In this document: positions 1-9,600 of the stretch, one piece after another
Layout of the letters: every line of letters starts with the position of its first letter
Numbering within the stretch: position 1 is the first letter of the stretch
NCBI GenBank assembly: GCA_038321865.1
Contig: JBBQFH010000026.1
Location: 1 to 49,274, forward strand
Reading direction: 5' to 3'
Length of the DNA: 49,274 bases
Source of the DNA: Gemmatimonadales bacterium
GTDB taxonomy: Bacteria; Gemmatimonadota; Gemmatimonadetes; Gemmatimonadales; GWC2-71-9
Made by a program: the position numbers and the translations under genes
The notes under the pieces: generated by a model
Told to the model about the DNA's origin: nothing
What the model saw: the letters and a program-made list of their open reading frames with translations, nothing else
The model's database searches: none

Positions 1-1353
1 GTCCGGCGCCCCCGACGGTATCTCGGTCTCGTCATCGCCGGCGGCGCCGGCGGTCGCCGTGTGGGCCAGCTGGACCGCCGCCGTGGCGATGTCCATTACG
101 TCGAACTCCTCGGACAGCGCCTCGACCACCACGCGGAAGCCGTCCAGGCCGTCGGCCAGGATCAGGTCCCGAATCGACGCGCGGGTCACGTCGAGCCGGC
201 GAGCCCGCACGTCGAGCACGGTCGGAACCTTCGCGATCTCGATCCGCTGTCGCGTGACCTGCTCGATGTTCCGCAGCAGACGGTGCTCGCGAGGCTCAGC
301 CAGGGTGATTGCAACGCCTTCCCGGCCCGCCCGGCCGGTCCGACCGATCCGGTGCACGTACGCCGCCGGCGAGGCCGGCACGTCGAAGTTCACCACGTGC
401 GTGAGCTGATCGATGTCCAGTCCGCGGGCGGCCACGTCGGTGGCGACCAGCAGGTCGATCGCGCCCGCGCGCGTGCGCTTCATGACCCTGTCGCGCTGGT
501 CCTGCGTCATTCCCCCGTGCAGCGCTTCGGCCCGATAGCCCCGGGCAGCGAGCGTCTCGGTCAGCGAGTCCACTTCGGTTCGGGTCCGGCAAAAAATGAG
601 AGCCAGCGCGGGTGACTCGAGGTCGAGCACGCGACCCAGCGCCGCCACCTTGTGGGCGCGGGGCAGCACATAGGCCGTCTGGCGGACCTTGGGCAATGCG
701 CCCGCGGCCGTGCGCTCGTTGGGGATGAGCACCCGAACCGGATCGGTCAGGTGGCGCTCGGCGATCGCCGCGATGCGCTTGGGGATGGTGGCCGAGAAGA
801 GCGCCGTCTGCCGCTCGGCCGGAGCGGCGCTGAGGATCAGCTCGAGCTCCTCGGCGAAGCCCATGTCGAGCATCTCGTCCGCCTCGTCCAGGACGACGGT
901 GCGCACCGCGGAAAGGTCGAGCGTGCTGCGGCGGATGTGGTCGAGGGCGCGCCCGGGTGTGGCAATGACCACGTGCACACCACGGCGGAGCGCATGAATC
1001 TGGCGGTTGAATTCCTGACCGCCGTAGATCGGCACGGTGATCGTGCCCAGCGGCCGCCCGTAGCGGTGGAAGGCCTCGGCCACCTGCATGGCGAGCTCCC
1101 GGGTCGGCACCAGTACGAGGAGCGCCGGGCGTCCGGGCGCGGGCTTGCCGTCGGGAAGATTCTGCAGGAGCGGGAGCGCGAACGCCGCGGTCTTGCCGGT
1201 GCCCGTCGCCGCCTGGCCCAGCAGGTCGCGGCCGGCCAGGAGCGGCGGAATCGCTTCCCGCTGGATCGGCGTGGGCTCCTCGTAGCCGAGCGTCGTAAGC
1301 GCGGCGACGAGGGGGCCCGACAGTCCGAGATCGGAGAAGGATGTGGTGGCCAT
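1..1353 (-). CDS. DEAD-box ATP-dependent RNA helicase (DeaD/CsdA-like); C-terminus runs off the window
   Basis: Not in the ORF track because there is no stop in the window. Manual minus-strand translation from ATG 1353 gives MATTSFSDLGL...GYEEPTPIQ (Q motif), AATGTGKT (Walker A), VLDEADEM, FSAT and HRIGRTGRAG (motif VI). Confidence 0.93.
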   Translation of the reverse strand, partial: MATTSFSDLGLSGPLVAALTTLGYEEPTPIQREAIPPLLAGRDLLGQAATGTGKTAAFALPLLQNLPDGKPAPGRPALLVLVPTRELAMQVAEAFHRYGRPLGTITVPIYGGQEFNRQIHALRRGVHVVIATPGRALDHIRRSTLDLSAVRTVVLDEADEMLDMGFAEELELILSAAPAERQTALFSATIPKRIAAIAERHLTDPVRVLIPNERTAAGALPKVRQTAYVLPRAHKVAALGRVLDLESPALALIFCRTRTEVDSLTETLAARGYRAEALHGGMTQDQRDRVMKRTRAGAIDLLVATDVAARGLDIDQLTHVVNFDVPASPAAYVHRIGRTGRAGREGVAITLAEPREHRLLRNIEQVTRQRIEIAKVPTVLDVRARRLDVTRASIRDLILADGLDGFRVVVEALSEEFDVMDIATAAVQLAHTATAGAAGDDETEIPSGAPD

Positions 1354-1397
1354 ACCGCAATATAGACCGGGCCGTTCCAGCGTCTGGCGGCGGACTT

Positions 1398-1838
1398 CTA
1401 CTCGAACAGCGCCCGGTACTGCCCGTACCCCTCGGCCTCGAGCCGATCGGCCGGGATGAATCGCAGCGACGCGGAATTCATGCAATAGCGTTGACCGGTT
1501 GGCGCCGGCCCATCGTCAAAAAGGTGGCCGAGGTGCGAGCCTCCCTGTACCGAGCGCACCTCGGTGCGGGTCATGAACAGTGCGCGGTCGGTCTTCGTAG
1601 TGATGTTCGCCGGAGCAAGTGGTCGCGTGAAGCTGGGCCAGCCGGTGCCGGAGTCGAACTTGTCGCGAGAGCTGAACAACGGCTCGCCCGACACGACGTC
1701 CACGTAGAGTCCGTCGGCATGATTGTCCCAGTATTCGTTCCGGAACGGGGCTTCGGTCCCCTCCTCCTGGGTGACGCGATACTGCAGCGGCGTGAGTTTC
1801 TGTCTGAGATCGTCAGGATCGGGCTTCACGAAGGTCAC
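1398..1838 (-). CDS. msrB: Peptide-methionine (R)-S-oxide reductase MsrB
   Basis: C-terminal part of ORF 1398..2423: [46 protein letters not shown] start at 1838 preceded by AAAGGAAA. Confidence 0.95.
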   Translation of the reverse strand: MTFVKPDPDDLRQKLTPLQYRVTQEEGTEAPFRNEYWDNHADGLYVDVVSGEPLFSSRDKFDSGTGWPSFTRPLAPANITTKTDRALFMTRTEVRSVQGGSHLGHLFDDGPAPTGQRYCMNSASLRFIPADRLEAEGYGQYRALFE

Positions 1839-2012
1839 GTTCGGTTTCCTTTCATCCTTTGCAGGGTTGCTGGATGTGACGCGTGATGCCTGAACGCATT
1901 CAGCCCGAAAAAGGTTCTCGCTCACGATCGCCGCACAACGTGTGCGCAAGCCGGGACGTATGACGTCAGCTACTCGGCAACTTTCCACGTGCAATCGAAT
2001 ACGGAGGCGGGC

Positions 2013-2576
2013 ATGCGGCTCTCTTTGCTGGTCGGCGCGCTGTGCGCGCTCGCCCTCGCCACGCCGGCGTACGCGCAGGCGGGCGGCATGGGAGGGGGGA
2101 TGGAGGGAATGGGGGGCGGACGCGGCCTTCGCCAGCGCGGCGACCGCCCCATGATGCCAACCGACGAGCAGATCGACGGGCCGCCGACGCCGGAGACGAT
2201 GCACCAGCTGTTGTCGCTCGATGAAACCCAGCTGGCGAGATACCGCCACGGATACGACTCGCTCATGGCGGAATCGCGCGCCGAGCGGGACAGTGCCCAT
2301 GCTGCGGTCAAGGCGCTGCGTGACGGGTTCGGCTCCGCCAGCCGCGACGCGGCCCGGGCCCGGGCGGGCGACATGCACCGGATCAGTGAGGACTTGGCCA
2401 AGCGGGACGACACGTTCGATCATTCGCTCAAGACGATCCTCACGAAGGGTCAGCAGAAACAGTACGACAAGTGGAAGGATCAGAACCGGAAGGACGCGGA
2501 AGAGAAGCAGCGCGATGAAATCCGCGCCCGCATGAGTGGCGGCGGCCGCAGGTCAGGCGGCGTGCCGAGCTTCTGA
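2013..2576 (+). CDS. Secreted helical protein, Spy/CpxP-like
   Basis: GGAGG RBS; signal peptide ([21 protein letters not shown]); Gly/Met-rich segment; LxxxQ motifs (LDETQ, LTKGQ); charged helical body. Confidence 0.6.
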   Translation: MRLSLLVGALCALALATPAYAQAGGMGGGMEGMGGGRGLRQRGDRPMMPTDEQIDGPPTPETMHQLLSLDETQLARYRHGYDSLMAESRAERDSAHAAVKALRDGFGSASRDAARARAGDMHRISEDLAKRDDTFDHSLKTILTKGQQKQYDKWKDQNRKDAEEKQRDEIRARMSGGGRRSGGVPSF

Positions 2577-2584
2577 CGCGGCCA

Positions 2585-3586
2585 TCAGCGGAGCTGGTCA
2601 TCGGTGCACTGACGGGGAGTCTTGTCCGGGCGCCAGCGGAGCAGCCGCGTTCCGTGCCGGAAGCGCCCCCCTGAAACGTGATCGTAGGCCACTTCGACCA
2701 CCAGCGTCGGCCGAAGCGGCTCCCACTCAGCCGATCGGTCGGTACTCCAGCGGCTGGGACCACCCGGCGCCCGCCCGGTGAAACCGGGCGGCTCGATCAG
2801 CGGCTCCAGCCGGCGGGTGATCGCGGTGCGCTCCGCCGCAGCGATGCCCGACGTAAAGCCGACGTGGTTGAGGGCGCCGTCCGGGTCATAGAGGCCCAGC
2901 AACAGCGAGCCGACCGATCGGCTCTTGCTCCCGTAGCGAAAGCCGCCGACCACGCAGTCGGCGGTGCGCTGCCGCTTCACCTTGACCATTCCGTCACGCT
3001 CGCCGGCCCGGTAGGCGCACGCGAGCTTCTTGGCCACGACGCCGTCCAGATCGCCGTTCCCGCCCCCGGCCAGCCATTTCCGCGCCGTCGCCAGTGATCG
3101 TGTCGCGCGGGACAGCGCGACTGGCGTGCCCGGTCGAACAAACCGCTTCGCGAAGGCCTCCAGAGCCGGACGGCGCTCGCTCAGCGGTGCCTCGATGAGT
3201 GACCGGCCGCGCTCGTCCACCAGCAGATCGAATATCTCAAAGCGAGCCGGATGCCGCTCCACCAGCGTCTGCACCCGACTCGCCGCAGGGTGGATGCGGA
3301 GCAGCAGCTCATCGAACGAGAGCCGGCCCTCCACCGGAATCACGATCTCACCGTCCAGGACGCAGACCTTCGCGCCAAGTCCGGCGACGGCCGCCACCAC
3401 ATCCGGGAAGTAGCGCTCGAGCGGCTTCTGCGCCTTCGACTGAAGCCGGACCTTGCCACCATCCTTGAACGCCACGCAACGGAACCCGTCCCACTTGGGC
3501 TCGTATTGCCAGCCCTTCCCCTCGGGAAGCGCGTCCTGGCTGCGGGCTTCCATCGGCGCGACCGGATACTTCACCGACAGCGTCAC
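2585..3586 (-). CDS. ligC: ATP-dependent DNA ligase, LigC type
   Basis: YEPKWDGFR (KxDG adenylation motif), LDGEIV, FDLL, DGVVAK, KVK, and the LigC-like OB tail PGGPSRWS...RFRHG...WRPDK. Confidence 0.88.
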   Translation of the reverse strand: MTLSVKYPVAPMEARSQDALPEGKGWQYEPKWDGFRCVAFKDGGKVRLQSKAQKPLERYFPDVVAAVAGLGAKVCVLDGEIVIPVEGRLSFDELLLRIHPAASRVQTLVERHPARFEIFDLLVDERGRSLIEAPLSERRPALEAFAKRFVRPGTPVALSRATRSLATARKWLAGGGNGDLDGVVAKKLACAYRAGERDGMVKVKRQRTADCVVGGFRYGSKSRSVGSLLLGLYDPDGALNHVGFTSGIAAAERTAITRRLEPLIEPPGFTGRAPGGPSRWSTDRSAEWEPLRPTLVVEVAYDHVSGGRFRHGTRLLRWRPDKTPRQCTDDQLR

Positions 3587-4512
3587 GACGCGTCCTCCAG
3601 GCGAAAACGGCCGCGGCCAGCCAGGAGCGGCTTCCAGAGATCCCCCAGCTTCGCCACGCGCGCCGGGACGGTGCGGATGGTGAAGTCGGCAATCTCGACT
3701 CCGGCGGCGACCTCGTCCCAGGTGACCGGGGTGGACACGGTTGCGTCGGGCAGCGGGCGCACCGAATAGACCGAGGCGAGCGTGCGCCCCCAGGCATTCT
3801 GATTGTAGTCCACGAGGACGCGCCCCCGTGGCCGCTTGGCGATCCGGTACTCGGCCGTCACCAGCTTCGCATGGTTCTGCTCGAATTGCTTGGCGAACCG
3901 CTTCGCGAAGGTCCAGACCTCCTTCTGGATCGGCCCGCGCACGATCGGAACGTAGATATGGATGCCGGAGGAGCCGGTGGTCTTCGCCAACGGCTTCATG
4001 CCCATCGCACAGAGCTCGTCGCGGATGAGGAGGGCGGTCTCGCGCACTCGCGCGAAGCTCGCGCCGTCCCCCGGATCGAGATCGAAGTTCAGACAGTCAG
4101 GCCGGTCGACGTCGTCACACGGCGCGTACCACTGGTTCAGATCGACGCAGCCGAGATTCACGAGCCAGAGCAGCGACGCGAGATCCTGCGCGAGCGGGAA
4201 GGCGATCAGGCTGGCCGACTTGTGCATCACCTCACAGGTCTCGACCCACTCCGGTGCCGATGCGGGAGTGCGCTTCATGAAGAAGTATTTGCCGTGAATG
4301 CCGTTGGGGTAGCGCTTCATCGTGACACCGCGGTCCATCAGATGAGGCAGCAGCCAGGGGGCGATATCGGCGTAATACTGCAACAGATCCCGCTTGGTGT
4401 ATCCGCGTTCGGGAAAGTAGACCTTGCCGAGGTTGGTCAGGTGAACCGTGTGGGTGCCGGAGCGGACGTCGGTGTCGCCGCTCGGTGGCAGCACGATGGC
4501 CCTAGGCTTCAT
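3583..4512 (-). CDS. Stand-alone LigD-type primase-polymerase domain (Prim-PolC-like)
   Basis: LTNLGKVYFP, RYPNG, FFMK, FDLDP (DxD), KTTGSSGIHIY, VLVDYNQN, YSVRP, STPVTW. 4-nt overlap with the ligase start. Confidence 0.9.
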   Translation of the reverse strand: MKPRAIVLPPSGDTDVRSGTHTVHLTNLGKVYFPERGYTKRDLLQYYADIAPWLLPHLMDRGVTMKRYPNGIHGKYFFMKRTPASAPEWVETCEVMHKSASLIAFPLAQDLASLLWLVNLGCVDLNQWYAPCDDVDRPDCLNFDLDPGDGASFARVRETALLIRDELCAMGMKPLAKTTGSSGIHIYVPIVRGPIQKEVWTFAKRFAKQFEQNHAKLVTAEYRIAKRPRGRVLVDYNQNAWGRTLASVYSVRPLPDATVSTPVTWDEVAAGVEIADFTIRTVPARVAKLGDLWKPLLAGRGRFRLEDAS

Positions 4513-5106
4513 TGGGCGGCCTTGGTATGGGCTCGGGCGAGGCTGCGTAACGTGGTAGCGACGGGAGCATAGGCGAGTTCGCGATCCTCACGCACGGCGC
4601 GAAGCAGAATCGAGCCCCGGCTCATGTCTCCGCGGCCCACGAAAGCGATGGGGAACAGGAGGCGAGCACCCAGCGCCTCGACCAGCACGTCCACGTATTT
4701 CCGGGTGGCAATGCTGCCGAGCAGCACGGCCTGGCCATCAACCAGGGCCAGGTCCCGCCGCATGGGCTCGCGGTAGCGGGGATCGCCCTCGTGAATGTCG
4801 ACGGTGCCGAACTCCCTCAGATCCCCGAGTCCCACCATCGTCGTGGCCGGAAGCAGCCCTCTGCCGGATGTGATGACGAGGGTCCGCCCGGGATCGCCGG
4901 ACGGAACGGCGAATCGCTGGGAGTAGGCCAGCTTGCCGCGGAAGTACAGCCCGCTCAGAAAGCTGAATACCTCTCCCAGTGCAGCTCCCTCCGCGCGGAT
5001 GCGCTGGGCGAGCGGAAAACGCCCGGTCGTCGAAGAGGTAGCCGGCGCGCTTCCCTCCACAATGGGCGGGCGACAAGAGGAACGTGGTGCTGGGGGCCGC
5101 GGTCAT
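4509..5106 (-). pseudogene. Frameshifted conserved hypothetical protein, possibly YaaA/DUF328-like
   Basis: The N-terminus MTAAPSTTFLLSPAHCGGKRAGYLFDDRA (frame of ORF 4738..5127) and the body FPLAQRIRAEGAALGEVFSFLSGLYFRGK... (frame of ORF 4509..5060) join at GCG-T-TTT-CCG near 5016-5022. The stop overlaps the polymerase ATG. May be a sequencing error. Confidence 0.6.
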
Positions 5107-5166
5107 GGCTCCATGGTGGCGCCTCACCCGCGGTCGGTGCCGTGGGGCGAATCACGCCGACGAAGC

Positions 5167-5194
5167 TTGAGTTTCGGGATTTGTTCGGTATTTT
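5167..5194 (+). promoter_or_regulatory. Sigma70-like promoter of the radical SAM gene with an overlapping 11-bp-spaced direct repeat
   Basis: TTGAGT-N16-TATTTT. TTCGGGATTT at 5173 and TTCGGTATTT at 5184. Confidence 0.45.
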
Positions 5195-5221
5195 GGGGGT
5201 GGCCCTCCACGAGGATATGCC

Positions 5222-6490
5222 GTGCCCAACCTGCCGCTTGACCAGAAGATCGCCATGCTCATGGCGGAAGCCACGGACGACCACGACGCGTCCCGGCCCG
5301 CCCGGCTGCCGCCACGCCTTCGTCATGCCGACGAGGTCGGCGCGCTCCGGCCCATCAACATCCGCGACCTTCGGTACGGCCGCGGCCGCACCCGGCTGCT
5401 CCGGATCCTGATGACAAATGCATGCAGCTTCAATTGCCACTACTGCCCCATGCGCCGCGACCGGCAGATGCCTCGCACCCTACTCAAGCCGGAAGAGCTG
5501 GCACGCATTTTCGCCGGGGCCCTCCGGCGCGACTGGTGTGACGGCCTCTTCGTGACGACGGGGATCCCGGGGCGTCCCGTAAAGGTGATGGATGATCTGA
5601 TCACCGCGCTTGAGCTGATCCGTGAGCGGGACCACTTCGGCGGCTACGTGCATGTGAAGATCGTTCCGGGCGCCGATTCGGCCCAGGTGGACCGTCTGAC
5701 CGAACTCGCCAACCGGGTGTCGGTGAATCTGGAGGCGCCGTGTGGAGCGAGCCTTGCGCGGATCGCCCCGGAGAAGAATCTGGACCTGACGCTCGGCGCG
5801 CTCGAACGCGCGCGAGCCCAGGTGTTGCGGCGGCGGGCCGAGGAGCGTGACGGCCGGCCGCGCGACCGACTGCACCCGGGCGGCACGGCAGGCATGACCA
5901 TGCAGTTCGTGGTCGGCGCAACTCCGGACAGTGACCGTACCATCATGGAGCGTGTGGCCGGCGTCTACGCCGGCGGCGGCATGCATCACTCCCAGTTCAG
6001 CGCGTTCCGTCCCATCCGCGACACGCCGATGGATGGCGTGCAGGCTGCCCCGGCGCTCCGCGAGCACCGGCTCTACCAGGCCGATCACCTGATTCGTGAT
6101 TACGGCTTCGCCGCCGAGGAGGTCGTCTTCGACGAGGGGGGCAATCTCCCGCTGGCCACGGACCCCAAGGCGGCGTCCGCGCTGGCCAATCCGGACCGCT
6201 TTCCGGTGGAAGTACGCACCGCCTGCTATGAGGAGCTGATCCGGGTGCCCGGCATCGGGCCGGGCACGGCCCGCCGGATCGTCGCGGAGCGAGGCGCCAC
6301 AACCATCGGCACGCTCCGTGACCTCGGCAAGCTTGGCGCCGTGACCGGTCGGGCCGCTGGATTCATCACGATCGGCGGGCGACGGGTGCAGACGATCCGC
6401 TGGGAGGAACAGATGGGTTTCTGGTCCGAGGCGGATCAGGCCGGGCGCCCACACCTGCTCTACGGCGTGAGCCCCGGCACGTTCCGATGA
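5222..6490 (+). CDS. Putative DNA modification/repair radical SAM protein with helix-hairpin-helix (TIGR03916-like)
   Basis: CSFNCHYC (CxxxCxxC), GLFVTTG, GYVHVKI, REHRLYQADHLIRDYGF, DPK, FPVEV, and HhH motif RVPGIGP. Confidence 0.88.
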   Translation: MPNLPLDQKIAMLMAEATDDHDASRPARLPPRLRHADEVGALRPINIRDLRYGRGRTRLLRILMTNACSFNCHYCPMRRDRQMPRTLLKPEELARIFAGALRRDWCDGLFVTTGIPGRPVKVMDDLITALELIRERDHFGGYVHVKIVPGADSAQVDRLTELANRVSVNLEAPCGASLARIAPEKNLDLTLGALERARAQVLRRRAEERDGRPRDRLHPGGTAGMTMQFVVGATPDSDRTIMERVAGVYAGGGMHHSQFSAFRPIRDTPMDGVQAAPALREHRLYQADHLIRDYGFAAEEVVFDEGGNLPLATDPKAASALANPDRFPVEVRTACYEELIRVPGIGPGTARRIVAERGATTIGTLRDLGKLGAVTGRAAGFITIGGRRVQTIRWEEQMGFWSEADQAGRPHLLYGVSPGTFR

Positions 6491-6646
6491 GGGGACCCAA
6501 ACGATTCCGGGGGTCGCCTGTACAACGATTCGCAGGCTGACTGAAATGCGCGGGGCCAGAGGCCGCGGGCGGTAGGTCGTGATTGCCGCTGCTCCCCGAT
6601 GAGAGCAGATTCCGATCAGAACGCTCACTGATCGAGGCAACGCGAC

Positions 6647-9600
6647 GTGGCAACTGTAATTCCGCCGTCCAAACGCGGCGGGCGCCTGGGCCGGCTCATG
6701 AAGGGTGGGGCTTCGGCGTCGGACCGGGAGCGCGCGGGAGATCGGCGGGTCGGCCCATTTCGCGGCCAGCTCCTCGGCGCCGAGGGACTCGCGGCCCACG
6801 CGCGCGCGCTGGGGATCCGCCAGCGATTCATCCCGGCCGACCTTACCTCCCGGCGCTGGCTCCGCCGGCTCGATGCCGGCCCCCTCCTCGGCCGGCTTGG
6901 CGACACCGAGCGGCTCCTGGAAGAAACGCGTGACGCGCTGACGGACGCGGTCGAGCGGGGCGTGGACATCAGCTCAGCCGGCGATTGGCTGCTCGATAAT
7001 TTCTACGTCGTGCAGGAGCACATTCGCGAAATCCGGCAGAACCTGCCGAGTGGGTACTACCAGGAACTTCCCAAGCTCGCCGACGGACCCCTCGCCAACT
7101 ATCCCCGGATCTACGAGCTCGCCATCGAGCTCATCGCCCATACGGAAGGGCATCTCGATTTCGAAAACATCGGGCTGTTCGTCCGCGAGTTCCAGTCCGG
7201 CGCCGTGCTCAACATGGGCGAGCTGTGGGCGGTCCCGACGGTGCTCCGGCTCGGGCTGGTCGAAAACATCCGGCGCCTGGCGCTGCGCGTCATGCAGCGG
7301 CTGGAGGAGCTCGAGTCGGCCGACAGCTGGGCCGAGCGGCTGCAGGAAGCCAGCCGCACGTCGCCCAAGGCGCTGACCGACGCGCTGGGCAAATTCGTGG
7401 ACGATCACCCTCCGCTCACGCCGATCTTCGTCTCGCGGCTGTTTCAGCAGATCAGAGCCTACCAGGCGGAGTTTCGCAAACTGCTCTGGCTTGAACAGTG
7501 GATCGCGGAGGAGGCGCTCAGCGCCGATGATGCCGTAACGCGCGCCAACCAGCGCCTGGCGCTGACACAGGTGATGATGGCGAACCACCTGACCAGCCTC
7601 CGGAGAATCTCCCGCCTGGACTGGGACGTCTTCTTCGAATCCCAGAGCGTTACGGAGGCGGCGTTGCGGCGCGACCCATCCGGTCATTACGGCCGCATGA
7701 CGTTTGAAACGCGCGACCGGTATCGGCATGTCGTCGAGGACATTGCCCGCCGGGCGCGGGCGTCGCAGGAAGACATCGCCCGGCGCGCGGTCGAGCTGGC
7801 GGCGCGCCACCGCGGCGCGAGCGGGGCGGCGGAGCCGGGAGAACCGTGCGGCCGCGAGGCGCACGTCGGTTTCTACCTCATCGCCGCGGGGCGGCCGGAG
7901 CTGGAGCGGGAGGCCGGCTATCGCGCGGGGCGCCGCGAGCGCATGTATCGCGCCATCGTTGCGCATCCGAACACCGTGTATTTCGGGGCGGCACTGATTT
8001 TCAGTCTGGCGCTTCTGACCGGACTGTTCGCCGGCATCGCCGGGCTGTCGGCCGGCGCCCAGGCACTGTTGCTGGTGCTCGCGCTTATCCCCGCGAGCGA
8101 GATCGCCATCGGCACGGTAAACCAGCTGCTCACCCTGCTGCTGCCGGCGTCCCGGCTTCCCAAGATGGACTTCCAGGAGGCGGGGATCCCGGAACCGCTC
8201 CGGACGGTCGTCGTCGTGCCGACGCTGCTGCCGAGCGTGGACGTCGTCCGGGACCAGCTGGAACACCTCGAAGTGCAATACCTCGCCAATCGGGAACCCC
8301 ATCTTCACTTCGCCATTCTGAGCGACTTCACCGACGCGGCGACCGAGCATCGAGCGGACGACGGCGCGGTACTGGACGCGGCCATCCAGGGTGTCCGCGC
8401 GCTCAATGAGGCGTACGGCGATGGCTCCGAGCGCACGTTTTACCTGTTCCACCGCCCCAGGCAGTGGAATGCGCGGCAGGGTGTGTGGATGGGCTGGGAG
8501 CGGAAACGCGGCAAGCTGTCGCAGTTCAACGCCTTTCTTCGGGGCGGTCCGGTTGCGCCGTTCACGACGGTGGTCGGGGACGCGGAGCGGCTGCGTGGCG
8601 CCAAGTATGTCGTCACCCTCGACTCGGACACCACGCTCCCGCACGGCGCGGTCGAGCTGCTGGTCGGCACGCTGGCACACCCGCTGAATGCCGCGGTCTA
8701 TGATCCGGCGGCCGGGCGAGTGGTGCGCGGCTACGGCATACTGCAGCCCAGAGTCGGGGTGGCGATCGCGAGCGCCTATCGTACCCGCTTCGCCGCCATC
8801 CACTCCGGTCATCCCGGCGTCGACCCCTACACGACCGCCGTCTCCGATGTGTACCAGGACCTTTACGGCGAAGGCAGTTTTACCGGCAAGGGGATCTACG
8901 AAGTCGACACATTCGAGCGCGCCACCAAGGGCCGCTTCCCCGAGAATGCGCTGCTGAGTCACGACCTGATCGAGGGCGCGTTCGCCGGTGCGGCGCTGGT
9001 GACGGACGTTCAGCTGTTCGACGACTACCCCGCCACCTATCTGACGCACGCCCGGCGGAAGCACCGCTGGATCAGGGGTGACTGGCAGCTCCTGCCCTGG
9101 CTGCGTTCCCGCGTCGCGTCCGCCGGCGGGCGTGAGCTGAATCCGCTTTCCACCATCTCACGATGGAAAATCCTGGACAATCTGCGCAGGAGCCTGATCG
9201 AGATCAGTCAGGTGGCGCTGCTCATCGCGGGCTGGGTCCTGCTTCCGGGTGTGGCAGCGCGGTGGTCCGTGATCATGCTGGCGGTGATCGCGTATCCGTG
9301 GCTGCTCGGTCTCCTGCTCGCGATCGTCCGGCCGCCGAAGGACCGATCCTGGCGGGGCTACTACGCCGCCGTCGGCCGGGACGCCGTGACCAGCGTCCAG
9401 CAGCTCGCGCTCGCCGTGATCTTCCTCCCTCATCAGGCGGCCGTTTCGGCGGATGCGATTGTCCGGACACTGTACCGCCTGCTGGTCAGCCGGAAGCGGC
9501 TGCTCGAATGGGTCACCGCGTCTCAGGTCGAACGAGGCGCGTCGAAGCTGCAGCATTCGGTCTGGCGCCAACTGCTGCCGGCGATCGTCATCGCGCTTGC

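Noticed and set aside
296..1365. ORFs 296..1360 (minus) and 652..1365 (plus)
   Set aside because: Alternative frames of the DEAD-box helicase, whose real frame has no stop in the window.
1839..2423. N-terminal extension of MsrB in the ORF track (similar extensions on the amidohydrolase, DUF3224, M28 peptidase, antiporter and orphan ORFs)
   Set aside because: The extensions mostly overlap better-supported opposite-strand genes or lack coding character. Internal starts with an RBS or -10 fit family lengths.
6491..6646. c-di-AMP (ydaO) riboswitch, suggested by GGGGACCCA...GGGGT
   Set aside because: The downstream conserved CCCGAACCCGTCAGCTAAC-like element and GAAT motifs are missing. An Rfam scan would settle it.
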